This document shows, piece by piece, positions 27,457-38,002 of a stretch of DNA of 64,000 nt. The position numbers and the translations under genes are program-made. Each line of letters starts with the position of its first letter. The first letter of the stretch is position 1. The notes below the pieces were generated by a model. The model worked only from the letters and a program-made list of their open reading frames with translations, had not been told where the DNA came from and made no database searches. The stretch is from assembly GCA_045613785.1 (NCBI GenBank), contig JAZLBQ010000003.1:1-64000 (forward strand). The letters run 5' to 3'. The stretch is from Candidatus Enterousia sp. GTDB taxonomy: Bacteria; Pseudomonadota; Alphaproteobacteria; Rs-D84.

Positions 27457-30228
27457 TTATTTTCCCCAATATGGGGCAATGTTGTATTCTGCAATCAATG
27501 GGACGGATAGTGTGGCAATCTGTTCCATTGCAGCCTTGATTTTTTCGGCAAATTCCGATGCGTATTCCGATTTACATTCAAATACCATTTCATCGTGGAC
27601 TTGCATAATCATACGAATTTTATCTGGGTTTGGTTGCATTAAATTTTTATCAATTTCAACCATTGCAAGACGCATCAAATCAGCTTCGAAACCCTGAATT
27701 GGGGCGTTGATTGCAGCACGCAGGGCATAAGAACGCAAGCGTGGATTTTTTATTTGTGGCAGTTCTATGCGACGGCCCAGTGGCGTCATTACATAACCAT
27801 TATCCAGTGCAAATTGTTTTGTGTGTTCAATATAGGCACTGATTTCAGGCAAGCCGGCCATATAAGAATTGATTATATTTTGTGCCTCGGTTCGGGAAAC
27901 ACCAAGTTGGGCAGCCAGACCAAACGACGATATCCCATAGATAATCGAGAAGTTTATCGTCTTGGCAGCACGACGCAATTCTCGGGGAACAGGTTGGTCG
28001 TCTGGGATATTAAATATTCTTCGGGCGGTTTGGTTGTGAATGTCTGTGCCGTTGTTAAATGTTTCTTTGAATGTGCGAACGTTTGCAATGTCTGCCAGCA
28101 AGCGTAATTGAATTTGGGAATAGTCAACCGATATCAATTGATGACCTGGGGCAGCAATGAAACATTTTCTGATTTCTTCGCCCAGTTCCGTCTTTATTGG
28201 TATGTTTTGCAAGTTTGGATCACGGCTGGATAAGCGACCTGTGTTGGTGCTGGTTTGTAAATATGTGGTGTGAATACGACCATCTGTTGCAATTTGGTGC
28301 GGCAATGCGTCTGCGTAAGTGCCTGCTAGTTTTGCAATAGAACGCCAGTTTAAGATTTTTTCAGCGATTGGATGTGTGTCAACCAGTTCATTTAAGCTGT
28401 CGGCATCTGTAGAGCGTTTCTTATTCGATGGCAGACCTAGTTCATCAAATAAAACAACTGCAAGTTGTTTAGGACTGGCGATGTTAAATTCATGGTTGGC
28501 CAGAACCCAGATGTCTTGTTCCAGGGTTTGTAATTGCTTGTGGAACAGTGTAGATAACTGTTGTAATTTTTGGCGATCGACCAAGACGCCTGTGCGTTCT
28601 ATTTCCATCAAGACTGGTAATAGTGGTAAATCGGCTGTTTCATATAAATGAAGTAATTGTTCGTTTAGATTTAGTTGTGGACGGAATAAATCGTAAAGTG
28701 CACGACAAATACAAGCATCTTCGGCAGCATATAAGCAGGCAGATTCAATTGTTAGTTCGTCAAAGTGCATATTTGCATTTGTGGTCTTGGGTGGAAATAG
28801 TGATGAAAATGCAATGTTTTCGTGTCCCAGATAACTGTGGGCTAATTCATCAAGACCGTGGCCGTGACGGGCACCGTTTAAGATATATGACAGCAACATT
28901 GTGTCGTCAATTGGTTGAATTTGTTTTGTGTCCCAGCCTTCGTTTGCAAATATATGCAGGTCATATTTCAGGTTATGACCGATCTTGATTATATTTGGAT
29001 TGGTCAGCACTGGCCATAATTTTTCGTAAACAACATCAACGGGCAGTTGGTTTGGGGTGTATTCGTTGCCACCAAATAGGTCTGATTTGCCACTGCGATG
29101 ACGAAGTGGGATATATGCACCGTGTGTGTCGTCAATTGCCAGTGATATGCCGACCAGTTTATCAACAGTTTGATTAAGACCGGTTGTTTCGGTGTCTAAT
29201 GCCAATATTTTATCAATTTTGCCCAGATAATTTTCTAGTGCTGATATTGTTGTGATAGTTTCGCACTGGATTTCACGACGCTTTTTTGTTTTGGCAGGTG
29301 CAAGAGGGGGCATTTCCAAGGCACATGCGTTGCCTGGGAACTTGAATTCGGGTGCTGGGGCAGGTGCTGCCTGTAGTGGGAATAATTTTTCTATTTTTGT
29401 TGCTAATGAATTACTTTCGATTTCGTTGCGGACAAAGTCTAATGCACCAGGTGTATTAAATACAAATGGTTTTATTTCAAGACCTGTTAAATCAACGTCG
29501 TCTTTTAATGTGACTAGGCGTTTGGAAATATAGGCCATTTCCTGGTTGGTCGCCAACAGATTGCGTGTTCGTTCATTTTTGATTTCGTCTAGGTTGGCAT
29601 ATAAATTATCCAGTGTTTTGAATTGGTTTATCAATTCAGCGGCTTTTTTAGGTCCAATACCAGGAACACCAGGAACATTATCCGAAGAATCACCCATCAA
29701 TGATTGAACATCAATTACCTGGGATGGCAAGACGCCAAATCTTTCGATAACTTGGGGCTCGTGGATTTCACGGTCTTTCATTCCGTCGTATAAGAACACA
29801 CAGTTTGATACCAGTTGCATTAAATCTTTGTCGCTGGTAATTATTCGGGTGGCGTTTTTGTGTGTGCAGTTTTGTTTGGCAATCGTTGCGATAACATCGT
29901 CTGCTTCGACCCCTGGAACGCATAGCACGGGCATACCCATCGCTGCCAGGCCAGTGCGGATAAGTAGCCCCTGGGCAATCAAATCTTCGGGGGGGGTAGA
30001 ACGATTCATTTTATATTCTGGATAGATGTCTTGGCGAAATGTGATGCGTGATGCGTCAAAAATACATACGAATTCATCGTCAGGTGCGGCCGCTGATAAA
30101 ATTGGTAATATCATATTGAAAAATCCATATACTGCACCTGTTGGCGTGCCGTCTGAACGGGTAAGGCGACTGTGAACGCCGTAATAAGCACGAAATAATA
30201 ACGAGTTTCCATCAATTAGTGTCAGCAT
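27457..30228 (-). CDS. polA: DNA polymerase I
   Basis: LIDGNSLLFRAYY 5'-3' exonuclease, ALDTETTGL 3'-5' exonuclease, DYSQIQLR, AKTINFSIIYG, QVHDE. Confidence 0.98.
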   Translation of the reverse strand: MLTLIDGNSLLFRAYYGVHSRLTRSDGTPTGAVYGFFNMILPILSAAAPDDEFVCIFDASRITFRQDIYPEYKMNRSTPPEDLIAQGLLIRTGLAAMGMPVLCVPGVEADDVIATIAKQNCTHKNATRIITSDKDLMQLVSNCVFLYDGMKDREIHEPQVIERFGVLPSQVIDVQSLMGDSSDNVPGVPGIGPKKAAELINQFKTLDNLYANLDEIKNERTRNLLATNQEMAYISKRLVTLKDDVDLTGLEIKPFVFNTPGALDFVRNEIESNSLATKIEKLFPLQAAPAPAPEFKFPGNACALEMPPLAPAKTKKRREIQCETITTISALENYLGKIDKILALDTETTGLNQTVDKLVGISLAIDDTHGAYIPLRHRSGKSDLFGGNEYTPNQLPVDVVYEKLWPVLTNPNIIKIGHNLKYDLHIFANEGWDTKQIQPIDDTMLLSYILNGARHGHGLDELAHSYLGHENIAFSSLFPPKTTNANMHFDELTIESACLYAAEDACICRALYDLFRPQLNLNEQLLHLYETADLPLLPVLMEIERTGVLVDRQKLQQLSTLFHKQLQTLEQDIWVLANHEFNIASPKQLAVVLFDELGLPSNKKRSTDADSLNELVDTHPIAEKILNWRSIAKLAGTYADALPHQIATDGRIHTTYLQTSTNTGRLSSRDPNLQNIPIKTELGEEIRKCFIAAPGHQLISVDYSQIQLRLLADIANVRTFKETFNNGTDIHNQTARRIFNIPDDQPVPRELRRAAKTINFSIIYGISSFGLAAQLGVSRTEAQNIINSYMAGLPEISAYIEHTKQFALDNGYVMTPLGRRIELPQIKNPRLRSYALRAAINAPIQGFEADLMRLAMVEIDKNLMQPNPDKIRMIMQVHDEMVFECKSEYASEFAEKIKAAMEQIATLSVPLIAEYNIAPYWGK

Positions 30229-30297
30229 TTGAATTTTTTTCCTGTGGCTAAATTAGGGGGCGTTGTGTTCGCCCCCCATTGTAATAATATCGGTTGT

Positions 30298-30837
30298 TTA
30301 GAACACATAACGCAGTTTTACACGACCGTCGTATTGCAACATGTCTGTGTCAGGTAAAATGTCAGGAGCGTATAAAACACGACCTTCGATGTCGATGTTA
30401 AATGGTATAACTGGAATGTCCAGCGTTAAACCTAACATACCTTGATAGGCAAGTGTGTCGTCAATATCAACAGATGGGGCATTTTTTTGTTCGTATTTGC
30501 TGTCAAATGTTGAACCGATACCAGCACCAATATATGGTTTTGCAATTGGGGTTGGTAATTTGAAGTATGCGTTTACAAAGCCGGTGTTTAATGAAAAGTT
30601 GTCTGAATCCATATAATTATATTCGACTTCGATACGGAACAGTGGGATATCCATACCAATTATGGCACCGTATGAATTGGCAGAATGTGAAACATCTTTG
30701 TCGTTATGCAGTGCTGTATAGCCACCCATTCCATAGGTGCCACCAGCATAAACATCAAACAAGAGATTTGCGTTCGCAGCCCCTGTTGCAAGCATTACTG
30801 AGAGAGCCGCTAAAATACTAAACGATTTTATGTTCAT
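30298..30837 (-). CDS. Small outer membrane beta-barrel protein (OmpA-like/porin-opacity family)
   Basis: Signal peptide, RIEVEY, PYIGAGIG, AYQGMLG, C-terminal LRYVF. Confidence 0.82.
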   Translation of the reverse strand: MNIKSFSILAALSVMLATGAANANLLFDVYAGGTYGMGGYTALHNDKDVSHSANSYGAIIGMDIPLFRIEVEYNYMDSDNFSLNTGFVNAYFKLPTPIAKPYIGAGIGSTFDSKYEQKNAPSVDIDDTLAYQGMLGLTLDIPVIPFNIDIEGRVLYAPDILPDTDMLQYDGRVKLRYVF

Positions 30838-30884
30838 ATTTTTCTCCTTTGTGTGATATTATAATAAAAAAAAGAGATATAAAT

Positions 30885-31409
30885 ATGCAAGAAAATAAAC
30901 CGTTTTTAGTTGTTGGGCTGGGCAATCCAGGGGGGCAATATGCGATGACACGTCATAATGTTGGTTTTATCGCTGTTGATAAATTGGCAGGTGATGGGGT
31001 GACGTGGAAAAATGAAAAAGATGCCCTGGCAACACGTGTGGAAATTGATGGCCGACGTGTAATTTTTGCAAAACCACAAACATATATGAATAACAGTGGG
31101 GTTGCAGTTCAGGCTTTGATGACATTTTATAAGATACCGTTGGAAAATCTGATTGTAATACACGATGATATGGATATTACGGTTGGAGATTGCCGTGAAA
31201 AAGTTGGTGGTGGCAGTGCAGGGCATAATGGAATACGCTCAATTGATGCACATGTTGGACGTGATTATCGGCGTATTCGGATTGGTATTGGACATCCACG
31301 GGATTTTGATTTGAAAATTGATCCTGCAGACTGGGTTTTGGGTAAACTTGGTCCAAATCAATTGGATTTGATTGAAAAAGCGATTTCAGAAATAAGGTTG
31401 TTCAACTAA
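30885..31409 (+). CDS. pth: Peptidyl-tRNA hydrolase
   Basis: LVVGLGNPG, TRHNVGF, KPQTYMNNSG, HDDMD, GHNGIRS, RIRIGIG. Confidence 0.97.
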   Translation: MQENKPFLVVGLGNPGGQYAMTRHNVGFIAVDKLAGDGVTWKNEKDALATRVEIDGRRVIFAKPQTYMNNSGVAVQALMTFYKIPLENLIVIHDDMDITVGDCREKVGGGSAGHNGIRSIDAHVGRDYRRIRIGIGHPRDFDLKIDPADWVLGKLGPNQLDLIEKAISEIRLFN

Positions 31410-31433
31410 AAAAAACGCCAAAACGGCGTTTTT

Positions 31434-33053
31434 TTATTTAGAAACATTTGTTTTGTAGTATAGGTTTTCTGGCAGTATAAATGTGCCGTTGGTGCCTGTG
31501 ATTGTTGTTGTGCCACCAAGAAGATAGCAGTCAGAAATATCGTCAGAAGCTTCATCGGATGTTGCACCGGATGGGCAAGTGTTTTGGTCGCCGTTGCAAT
31601 AATAGCCAGCAGGACAAGATTTCCAGATGGCCGAAAGGGTCATGTTTTTGAAGTTTGAGATTCTAGTGATGTCAGCACCAGGTTCAACAATTCCTGAGGT
31701 GCAAGGTTCTTTTGTTTCATCGATTGTGCATTTCCAGCCTTCGAGATAATATCCCTCTTTGGCGGTTTTAGGGGCTTTACATTCTGTGCTGGGTGAACAT
31801 TCTGTTGGGGATTCTGGGGTCGAGTCAACATTGTCATAATTGATTGTGAATTTGGTTTCTTGCCAGTATGGTGTTAGGGTGACGCTTTCATAGACTTGGT
31901 TAGCAGTTTTATTACCACTTGGAAAATACCAAAATGGACCATATTGTATTTCGCCCCATTGCCAGTGGGTTAGGTTATAGCCAGCACGAATAAATTTGTC
32001 ATTGGTAGGGTCATAGTCTGCATGAAGTATTTTGTTGCCAGTATCATATTCAGAATCTGGCAATGATACATCGGCACAATTGTATTTGTATTGCGTATGA
32101 TCAGCATTAATTTCTGTTTTTATCAATGGAATATTTACAATTCTTATTGTTTTATTATATTTTGTGGGACTGCCGTCATTAGCATCTGTTTCGTAGGTAC
32201 CATAGTCAATTTCCTCTATTGTAGTGTTATCAGGGTGTTCAAGGGTAAGTGTGCATGTGTTTGCTACGCAGTTTTTTGGGGTGATAACGTATGGTTTGTC
32301 ACTGGTGCAATTTGGGTCTTTTGAGTTGCTTCTACATGCAAGGTATTTATCCCAATTTTTAAATAGGGCATCCCAGTCCGTGTTTTGTAGGTTATCGTAT
32401 TCCTGGCCCGTATTCCAACTGTCGCCATAGTGATAATCTTGACTGCATTTGCAGTCTGTGAAATTACCGTTATCATTAGTGACGCCAGTTGTGTTATTGC
32501 CACATTGGTGACAAAATTTATAAGAGTTGCTTAATTCGCCTTGTTCGGGGGCAAGGGGTAGCTTGATATTGCTTCCGTTGTTGTGTGTTGATGTGCCAGC
32601 TATGAAATATGAACCGCTGTCTACGCTGCCGTAATATGTAAGATTTATATTGGGACCGTAGTTTATGTAATTGATTTCATATGAACATGGTTGACAGCCG
32701 TTGTTCATACTGCTGCCTCTCCAGTGGTTCAGGTATTCGCCGGATTGGCAGGCCGCTTTCCATTGGCAATTGGCTGTTTCTTGTCCTGTTACGTCTCGGT
32801 CCCAAGAAACACTGCGACCCAGCTTTATTGAACCATTTTTATCACAGCTGTTGCATGATGTTTTGTTTGCTTCGCCGCCTGTGTTATATGTTCCTGCTGG
32901 ACATAGTTCGCATTTGTTATTGGTGGTGTTCCAATAACATCCCTTGTTTGTGCTGCAGTTTTCAATTGTGGCATCAGCGGGACATGATTTGGCACCCCAG
33001 GATAGGGTTGGTGTCAGTATTGATAAAAGTGTAATAAAAATTATTTTTTTCAT
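31434..33053 (-). CDS. Secreted Cys-rich surface protein with CPAG-type and InlB-B-repeat-like modules
   Basis: Signal peptide; CPAGTY and CPAGYYC; KEGYYLEGW...TLSAIW and RAGYNLTHW...TLTPYW segments. Confidence 0.8.
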   Translation of the reverse strand: MKKIIFITLLSILTPTLSWGAKSCPADATIENCSTNKGCYWNTTNNKCELCPAGTYNTGGEANKTSCNSCDKNGSIKLGRSVSWDRDVTGQETANCQWKAACQSGEYLNHWRGSSMNNGCQPCSYEINYINYGPNINLTYYGSVDSGSYFIAGTSTHNNGSNIKLPLAPEQGELSNSYKFCHQCGNNTTGVTNDNGNFTDCKCSQDYHYGDSWNTGQEYDNLQNTDWDALFKNWDKYLACRSNSKDPNCTSDKPYVITPKNCVANTCTLTLEHPDNTTIEEIDYGTYETDANDGSPTKYNKTIRIVNIPLIKTEINADHTQYKYNCADVSLPDSEYDTGNKILHADYDPTNDKFIRAGYNLTHWQWGEIQYGPFWYFPSGNKTANQVYESVTLTPYWQETKFTINYDNVDSTPESPTECSPSTECKAPKTAKEGYYLEGWKCTIDETKEPCTSGIVEPGADITRISNFKNMTLSAIWKSCPAGYYCNGDQNTCPSGATSDEASDDISDCYLLGGTTTITGTNGTFILPENLYYKTNVSK

Positions 33054-33070
33054 TTTTTGGCTTGGTTTAT

Positions 33071-36000
33071 TTATTGGTTGTTTGTGTTGCAACTTTTTAT
33101 TTCTACTTTAGTGTTTATTGGACTGGTGCGGTTGTCGGACCCGGGCCATTCTGAACCGTTATATTCACATGTGCCAATTGTCGGGGAGGTATAATATGAT
33201 TTTGCTGCTGCACAGTTTTCTCCTGTTGGGTCTATTGGGTCGTAGTAGTATGTGCCGTCCTTGGTGGTTTTGACTGCAATTACTTCGCCATCGCATTCTA
33301 TGTTTGTGCCACACGGGAAATTCTTAGGGTTGTTTTCGTTTGCATTACACTCTTGATTCATTCCGTTGTTGCTTAGGCAAATGATGTATATTGTTTCCTG
33401 GTCCGTTGTTGCGTCGTTCTTTGTTTCGTATTTGGCGATTACATATGGTGTTTTGTCATTGTATGTGCATAACACTTTGCCTGCTAGTGGGGCTTCTGTT
33501 GCCGTGTCGTTTATTATTGATGACCACCATGAGTTTGTCTTATTAGTTCCGACTCGTTTTGCCTGGTTTGTGCAGCAGTTACCAAACGATTCGGTTATAA
33601 CCGTGGTGCAACAGTTTGTTTCACCGCCAATAGTGTAAAATTTTCCTTTATTGCTGCCTATACAGTATTCCCCGTCAGAGGAAAAACCATTTATGTCTTT
33701 GCATGAACCGTCTTCGTCTTGTTTGTAGCCAGGGCCGCATGTGGTGTCACGACAACTGTCGGCGGCATTCGCAGTTCCTGTGTTTTGTGCAAACCAGGAT
33801 AATAGTGTGCCGTTCGGGTCTTCTTTGCTGTTTATCAATGGTGTTTTAATACGGTTGTGAGCGTCCTTTTCAGTTATGTCGGTTGTTGGTTCGGCTTCGC
33901 AATTACCCCAAATGCGTTCGGCTAGGCGGCAGCTGTAGCAATCAAAGTTCACAATATCGCATGTTTTGCCAGTGCATTGATTAGCACACTGATTGGCACA
34001 TATGTCGTGCACACAGTTTGCCTCTTGGCCTGTTATACAATTTGCATTATTTTTGTTTGAATCAAAAGAAGAGGGTAACCATATATTGTTTTGCGTTGTA
34101 ATGCCATACATTTCTGGATAAAAGTTAAGGTATGATGGTTGGTCTTTCGCTGGTTCGCTGATTTCAGTTGCGACATTTGTTTGTTCTGTTGATGCTTCAA
34201 CATATGTTAGTTTATGCTGAGATTGAATTTTTGCAATTGATTCTGAACCAGCACTTTTTACACATTCTAAGACTTCAGGCCAGCAGGCAGTGCGGTTGAT
34301 AATAGATTTGCGGTTGATTGATGTGCTGATGTTTTCGCACAGACCAAAATTACCCGATATTGATGTGCAGGCCTGGATAATGCAGGCACGGCCAACCTCT
34401 CGACAGGTTTTTAGAATAGATTCATAAGTTTTTTCTGTGGCAATTTCTGTTATGCCACTTGACCAGTCTTCGCCGCCACCAGTTGAATCCAGTAACGATG
34501 TGCAGGCAGTGCGAACTTGGCTGCACATTGCATTTACGGTTTTGTCGGCCGCAATACCAAAGATAGATAAGGCACGGGCATCAAAATCAGCAAGTGAATC
34601 AAACGCTTCGTCCATACATTGGGTTGTCAATGTCGTGCAAGATTGGCGGACTTGTTCAAGTTTAGATTCTTGTGCTAGTTTTATCTGTGCCAATGCGTCC
34701 TCAAGAAAGGCGTCCCAGACATAGTCGGAGATGTCCTGACAATTCTCCATCGCAGGTTCAAGATATTTCTTTTTTGAATTCAAATATGAAACAAAGCGTT
34801 CGTTGCCGGGCATGGTTGTCCAGGTGCTGTTCGATTCGGGGCGATGTATTAGTGAGCCTAAACCAGCAAGATCAATCGTCAAAAATGCTTCGCCCGTGGT
34901 CGGGTCAATATAGCGACCAGTTGTGTCAAGGCAGTTTGTTAGATTTTTTCCACAAACGGTGGTGTCTGTCAGCATATCTAACATTTTTTGTTTGCATGTT
35001 AAAATATCGTCAGAATTGCGTTTCTGATGTATGTCCAGACGTGACATGTCAAGTAAAGCACTGCTTTCAAATACTTTTGTTCGTGCCTGATCAACCTGGG
35101 TCTGATACGATTTTTTTACTGTGTTGCAATCTTGTTCAATGACCATTTGATAGCCGCCTTCGGCGATTTTTAAATCTTCAGATGAACATACTTCTAGTGC
35201 CATTTGACGGCATACAGGCAGAGCCGCAGTGTATAAGTCAGTGCCAGACTTTGTCGTTGTAGAAGCACCAGCAAGAGAGTCAACAGTGTCAAATGCCGAA
35301 TCGATGTTTAGCGATAGTGATATCGCATTTAGGCCTTGGTCGAAATTACTGTCGTTAAAGCTGGTGTTTAGTTTTTTTGCAATCTCGTCTAACATCTTTT
35401 TGGATTTGGATGTGTCCGCATTGCTGTATGCGATTTCGCCCTCTGTTGCTTGGTTTAGAACGGCGGCATCCTCTTTGTCCATGCTGACCGTTAGTAAACG
35501 TTGACTGAAATCAAGTAATTTGTCTTCGACGTTAGCGAGACTGCGTTTGGTGCTGTTGAATTCGTTTATCCGTGAAGAACAGGCACAGCGTTTTAACTGG
35601 GCGTCTTTGTTCGCACAAAATTCATCCATGCAGTCATAGAACACAGTGCGACATTTTGAAAAATCACGAGTCATCATTTCTGATGCACTTGGTTTGGTTG
35701 TGGCGTTGCGTGCCTTGGTTGTGCGTAAATTATTTGTTGCCGTGCGGCCAGAAATTACACTGCGTGTTGGCTGAATTGTTGGGCGGGGCGCCGATTTTTT
35801 TGATGTAGTTGCTGTGCGTGATTGGGTGGCGTCTTTGTCGGTGGTTTTCGCCGTTCTGGATTGAATGTTTTGTGCAGGACGTGACGATACCGATTGTGTT
35901 GCCGAACCTGTATCAGGGCGTGTAATTATGGTTGGCTTGGTTGTAGTAGTGCGTGAACGCAATGCGTTGCCAGTCGTTTCTGTGTTGATTGTTCTTGACG

Positions 36001-36175
36001 CTGTGTGTGCAGGCGTTTGTGATGTTGTTGTGCTTTTTTGACGTGATGGTGTGACCGTAGTGGGGGTAGAGTTGCGACGTGTCGCTGCACGGGCGATGTC
36101 GCTAGCATCGTCAGCCACCGCCTGAAACGCAAGCGGTGCAAGCAATACAGCCAAAAGCAGTTTAATTCCCTTCAT
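33071..36175 (-). CDS. Large secreted Cys-rich protein with T/S/R-rich N-terminal linker
   Basis: Signal peptide (AVA-D), about 150 aa of low-complexity linker, then many Cys-patterned domains; 1034 aa. Confidence 0.85.
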   Translation of the reverse strand: MKGIKLLLAVLLAPLAFQAVADDASDIARAATRRNSTPTTVTPSRQKSTTTSQTPAHTASRTINTETTGNALRSRTTTTKPTIITRPDTGSATQSVSSRPAQNIQSRTAKTTDKDATQSRTATTSKKSAPRPTIQPTRSVISGRTATNNLRTTKARNATTKPSASEMMTRDFSKCRTVFYDCMDEFCANKDAQLKRCACSSRINEFNSTKRSLANVEDKLLDFSQRLLTVSMDKEDAAVLNQATEGEIAYSNADTSKSKKMLDEIAKKLNTSFNDSNFDQGLNAISLSLNIDSAFDTVDSLAGASTTTKSGTDLYTAALPVCRQMALEVCSSEDLKIAEGGYQMVIEQDCNTVKKSYQTQVDQARTKVFESSALLDMSRLDIHQKRNSDDILTCKQKMLDMLTDTTVCGKNLTNCLDTTGRYIDPTTGEAFLTIDLAGLGSLIHRPESNSTWTTMPGNERFVSYLNSKKKYLEPAMENCQDISDYVWDAFLEDALAQIKLAQESKLEQVRQSCTTLTTQCMDEAFDSLADFDARALSIFGIAADKTVNAMCSQVRTACTSLLDSTGGGEDWSSGITEIATEKTYESILKTCREVGRACIIQACTSISGNFGLCENISTSINRKSIINRTACWPEVLECVKSAGSESIAKIQSQHKLTYVEASTEQTNVATEISEPAKDQPSYLNFYPEMYGITTQNNIWLPSSFDSNKNNANCITGQEANCVHDICANQCANQCTGKTCDIVNFDCYSCRLAERIWGNCEAEPTTDITEKDAHNRIKTPLINSKEDPNGTLLSWFAQNTGTANAADSCRDTTCGPGYKQDEDGSCKDINGFSSDGEYCIGSNKGKFYTIGGETNCCTTVITESFGNCCTNQAKRVGTNKTNSWWSSIINDTATEAPLAGKVLCTYNDKTPYVIAKYETKNDATTDQETIYIICLSNNGMNQECNANENNPKNFPCGTNIECDGEVIAVKTTKDGTYYYDPIDPTGENCAAAKSYYTSPTIGTCEYNGSEWPGSDNRTSPINTKVEIKSCNTNNQ

Positions 36176-36238
36176 CCTTTTAGTATGATGTTAGCAAATT
36201 TTTGAATTTTTGAGCAAGTAGAAAAAATGAAAAAAAAT

Positions 36239-36323
36239 TGGTGCGACTAGGGGGACTTGAACCCCCAAGGGTTGCCCCACAGCATCCTTAGTGCTGCGCG
36301 TTTACCAATTTCGCCATAGTCGC
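36239..36323 (-). tRNA. tRNA-Leu(AAG), rare A34 anticodon
   Basis: Reverse complement GCGACTA...CAGCA-CT-AAG-GA-TGCTG, long variable arm, GTTCAAGTCC, A73-CCA. Confidence 0.93.
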
Positions 36324-36425
36324 ATTTCAAATGCTATTTTTACAAGTTGGGATTTGTTTTTCAACCTTTTTTATGATATTATTATAAGTAATAGTGAAGA
36401 TGTTGAAAGGGAAAAGGAAAAAAAT

Positions 36426-37997
36426 ATGAGTTTCTTGCCAAGATTTCTGTTCAAGTGTTCCGCATTGTTGATGGTGCCAGTGGCGGCAAATGCAGCCGGA
36501 ACTTATTATACGGGTAATTATCAATCACCACAAAGTCGTTATACACAACAGTCATATTCACAACGTGCAAAAACAACCTCTTATTCCCAGCAGGGGGGGT
36601 CGGCGTATAGTCGCAATCAATATTCAAATGCAGGATATACGACAGAGCGTGCAGCACAAAATGCAGCTCAGCAGCGTCAATCAACACAGCAAAATCGTGC
36701 GGCAATACAGACCGGCAATCAAGGATTCTGGTTGGGAGGTGGCTTGTCAAGGCAGACTTCGATGTGGCAATTTGAGATGAAGGAATCTGAATCTATTTTG
36801 CATTATGATAATGTGGATTGGAATGTCTTGGATATCAAAGGTGGCTATAAGTTTGCAGCAGGAAATACGCCAATGCAAATTGATGCTGGTTTTAAATTTG
36901 GTATGCAGGCTGGTGAATCAACAATGGTGGACGATGATATCACAAATGGTGGCTATTTTGTGACAGAGTGGGTCGATGGAAATGTTTGCGAACAGGTTGA
37001 TTCTGATGGAAATTGTGTAAGGTATAAGCATCTGGGAAATCAGATGGGAAATTCTTTGTCGATTGGAACTAGCAAAGACGGATCGATGATGGAATTTAAT
37101 GCAGGAATTGGTTTGACTGATTTCTTTCGCTGGGGGAATTTAAAGGTTACGCCTTCTGTTGGGTGGCGTTATTTGAAGTATAAATTGGAAACTCATAATA
37201 ATCATGGGTTGGCAGTTGATACTTATACAGGACAGGGAGGTTGTTATTCTGTCGAAGGTAGTGATGAAATACAATGCGACCCTGTTGTTATATTTTATTT
37301 TTATGATGCAGATGGTCATTTGAATCAGTATTTGGCAACTCGTAGTGATACAGATGGTGATGGTGTTATCAATTTTAATGATGAAATAAAGATTCCGACA
37401 GATGCGTCGTATGAGTTCGTAAATGCTGGTGGAACATATTACTATGGTCAGCCGGGAATAAGTCATTCGTATGAGGTCGCATGGTCTGGGCCTTACTTTG
37501 CACTGGATATGTTGTATGATATAAACCAGAATAATGCTGTAAATGCATATTTGGAACTGGGATTGCCATCATATAAGGCTACGGGAGATCAGCCATATCG
37601 CTTTGACTGGAAGCACCCAAAGTCAGTAGAAGATACAGCTGGTGTCGGTTCTGCTTTCCATTTGGGTATGGGGGCAAATTGGACAACCGCAATTACAGAT
37701 ACCGTGGCTTTTTCATTGGGTGTAACTTATGATTATTATAATGTTTCAGGTGCAGATGCCAAGACGTATTTGAACGATACTTATTATATGGGGATTTATA
37801 ATGATTTGCTGGGACAGTGGGAAGCCGCTGGTTTTACAGAAGCTGATATGATAAATCCAAAAACAGGAGATCCAATTGCGTTGAATATCATTAAGTTGGA
37901 ACAAGACTGCCCAGGTTGGGTTTGTTCGGCTGATGGTGAAATAGAATCTTTCTATAAATCATTGGGTGTTCGTATTGGTATAAATGCAAAGTTCTGA
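36426..37997 (+). CDS. Outer membrane beta-barrel protein, omptin-like
   Basis: Signal peptide, Q/S/Y-rich linker, SILHYD...TMVDDD segment, C-terminal INAKF. Confidence 0.7.
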   Translation: MSFLPRFLFKCSALLMVPVAANAAGTYYTGNYQSPQSRYTQQSYSQRAKTTSYSQQGGSAYSRNQYSNAGYTTERAAQNAAQQRQSTQQNRAAIQTGNQGFWLGGGLSRQTSMWQFEMKESESILHYDNVDWNVLDIKGGYKFAAGNTPMQIDAGFKFGMQAGESTMVDDDITNGGYFVTEWVDGNVCEQVDSDGNCVRYKHLGNQMGNSLSIGTSKDGSMMEFNAGIGLTDFFRWGNLKVTPSVGWRYLKYKLETHNNHGLAVDTYTGQGGCYSVEGSDEIQCDPVVIFYFYDADGHLNQYLATRSDTDGDGVINFNDEIKIPTDASYEFVNAGGTYYYGQPGISHSYEVAWSGPYFALDMLYDINQNNAVNAYLELGLPSYKATGDQPYRFDWKHPKSVEDTAGVGSAFHLGMGANWTTAITDTVAFSLGVTYDYYNVSGADAKTYLNDTYYMGIYNDLLGQWEAAGFTEADMINPKTGDPIALNIIKLEQDCPGWVCSADGEIESFYKSLGVRIGINAKF

Positions 37998-38002
37998 TAG
38001 TT

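Noticed and set aside
36291-36425. N-terminal extension of the OMP ORF, and ORFs running through tRNAs (12931..13125, 23317..23646, 56574..56873)
   Set aside because: They overlap intact tRNA genes; the OMP has a better start with an RBS and signal peptide at 36426.
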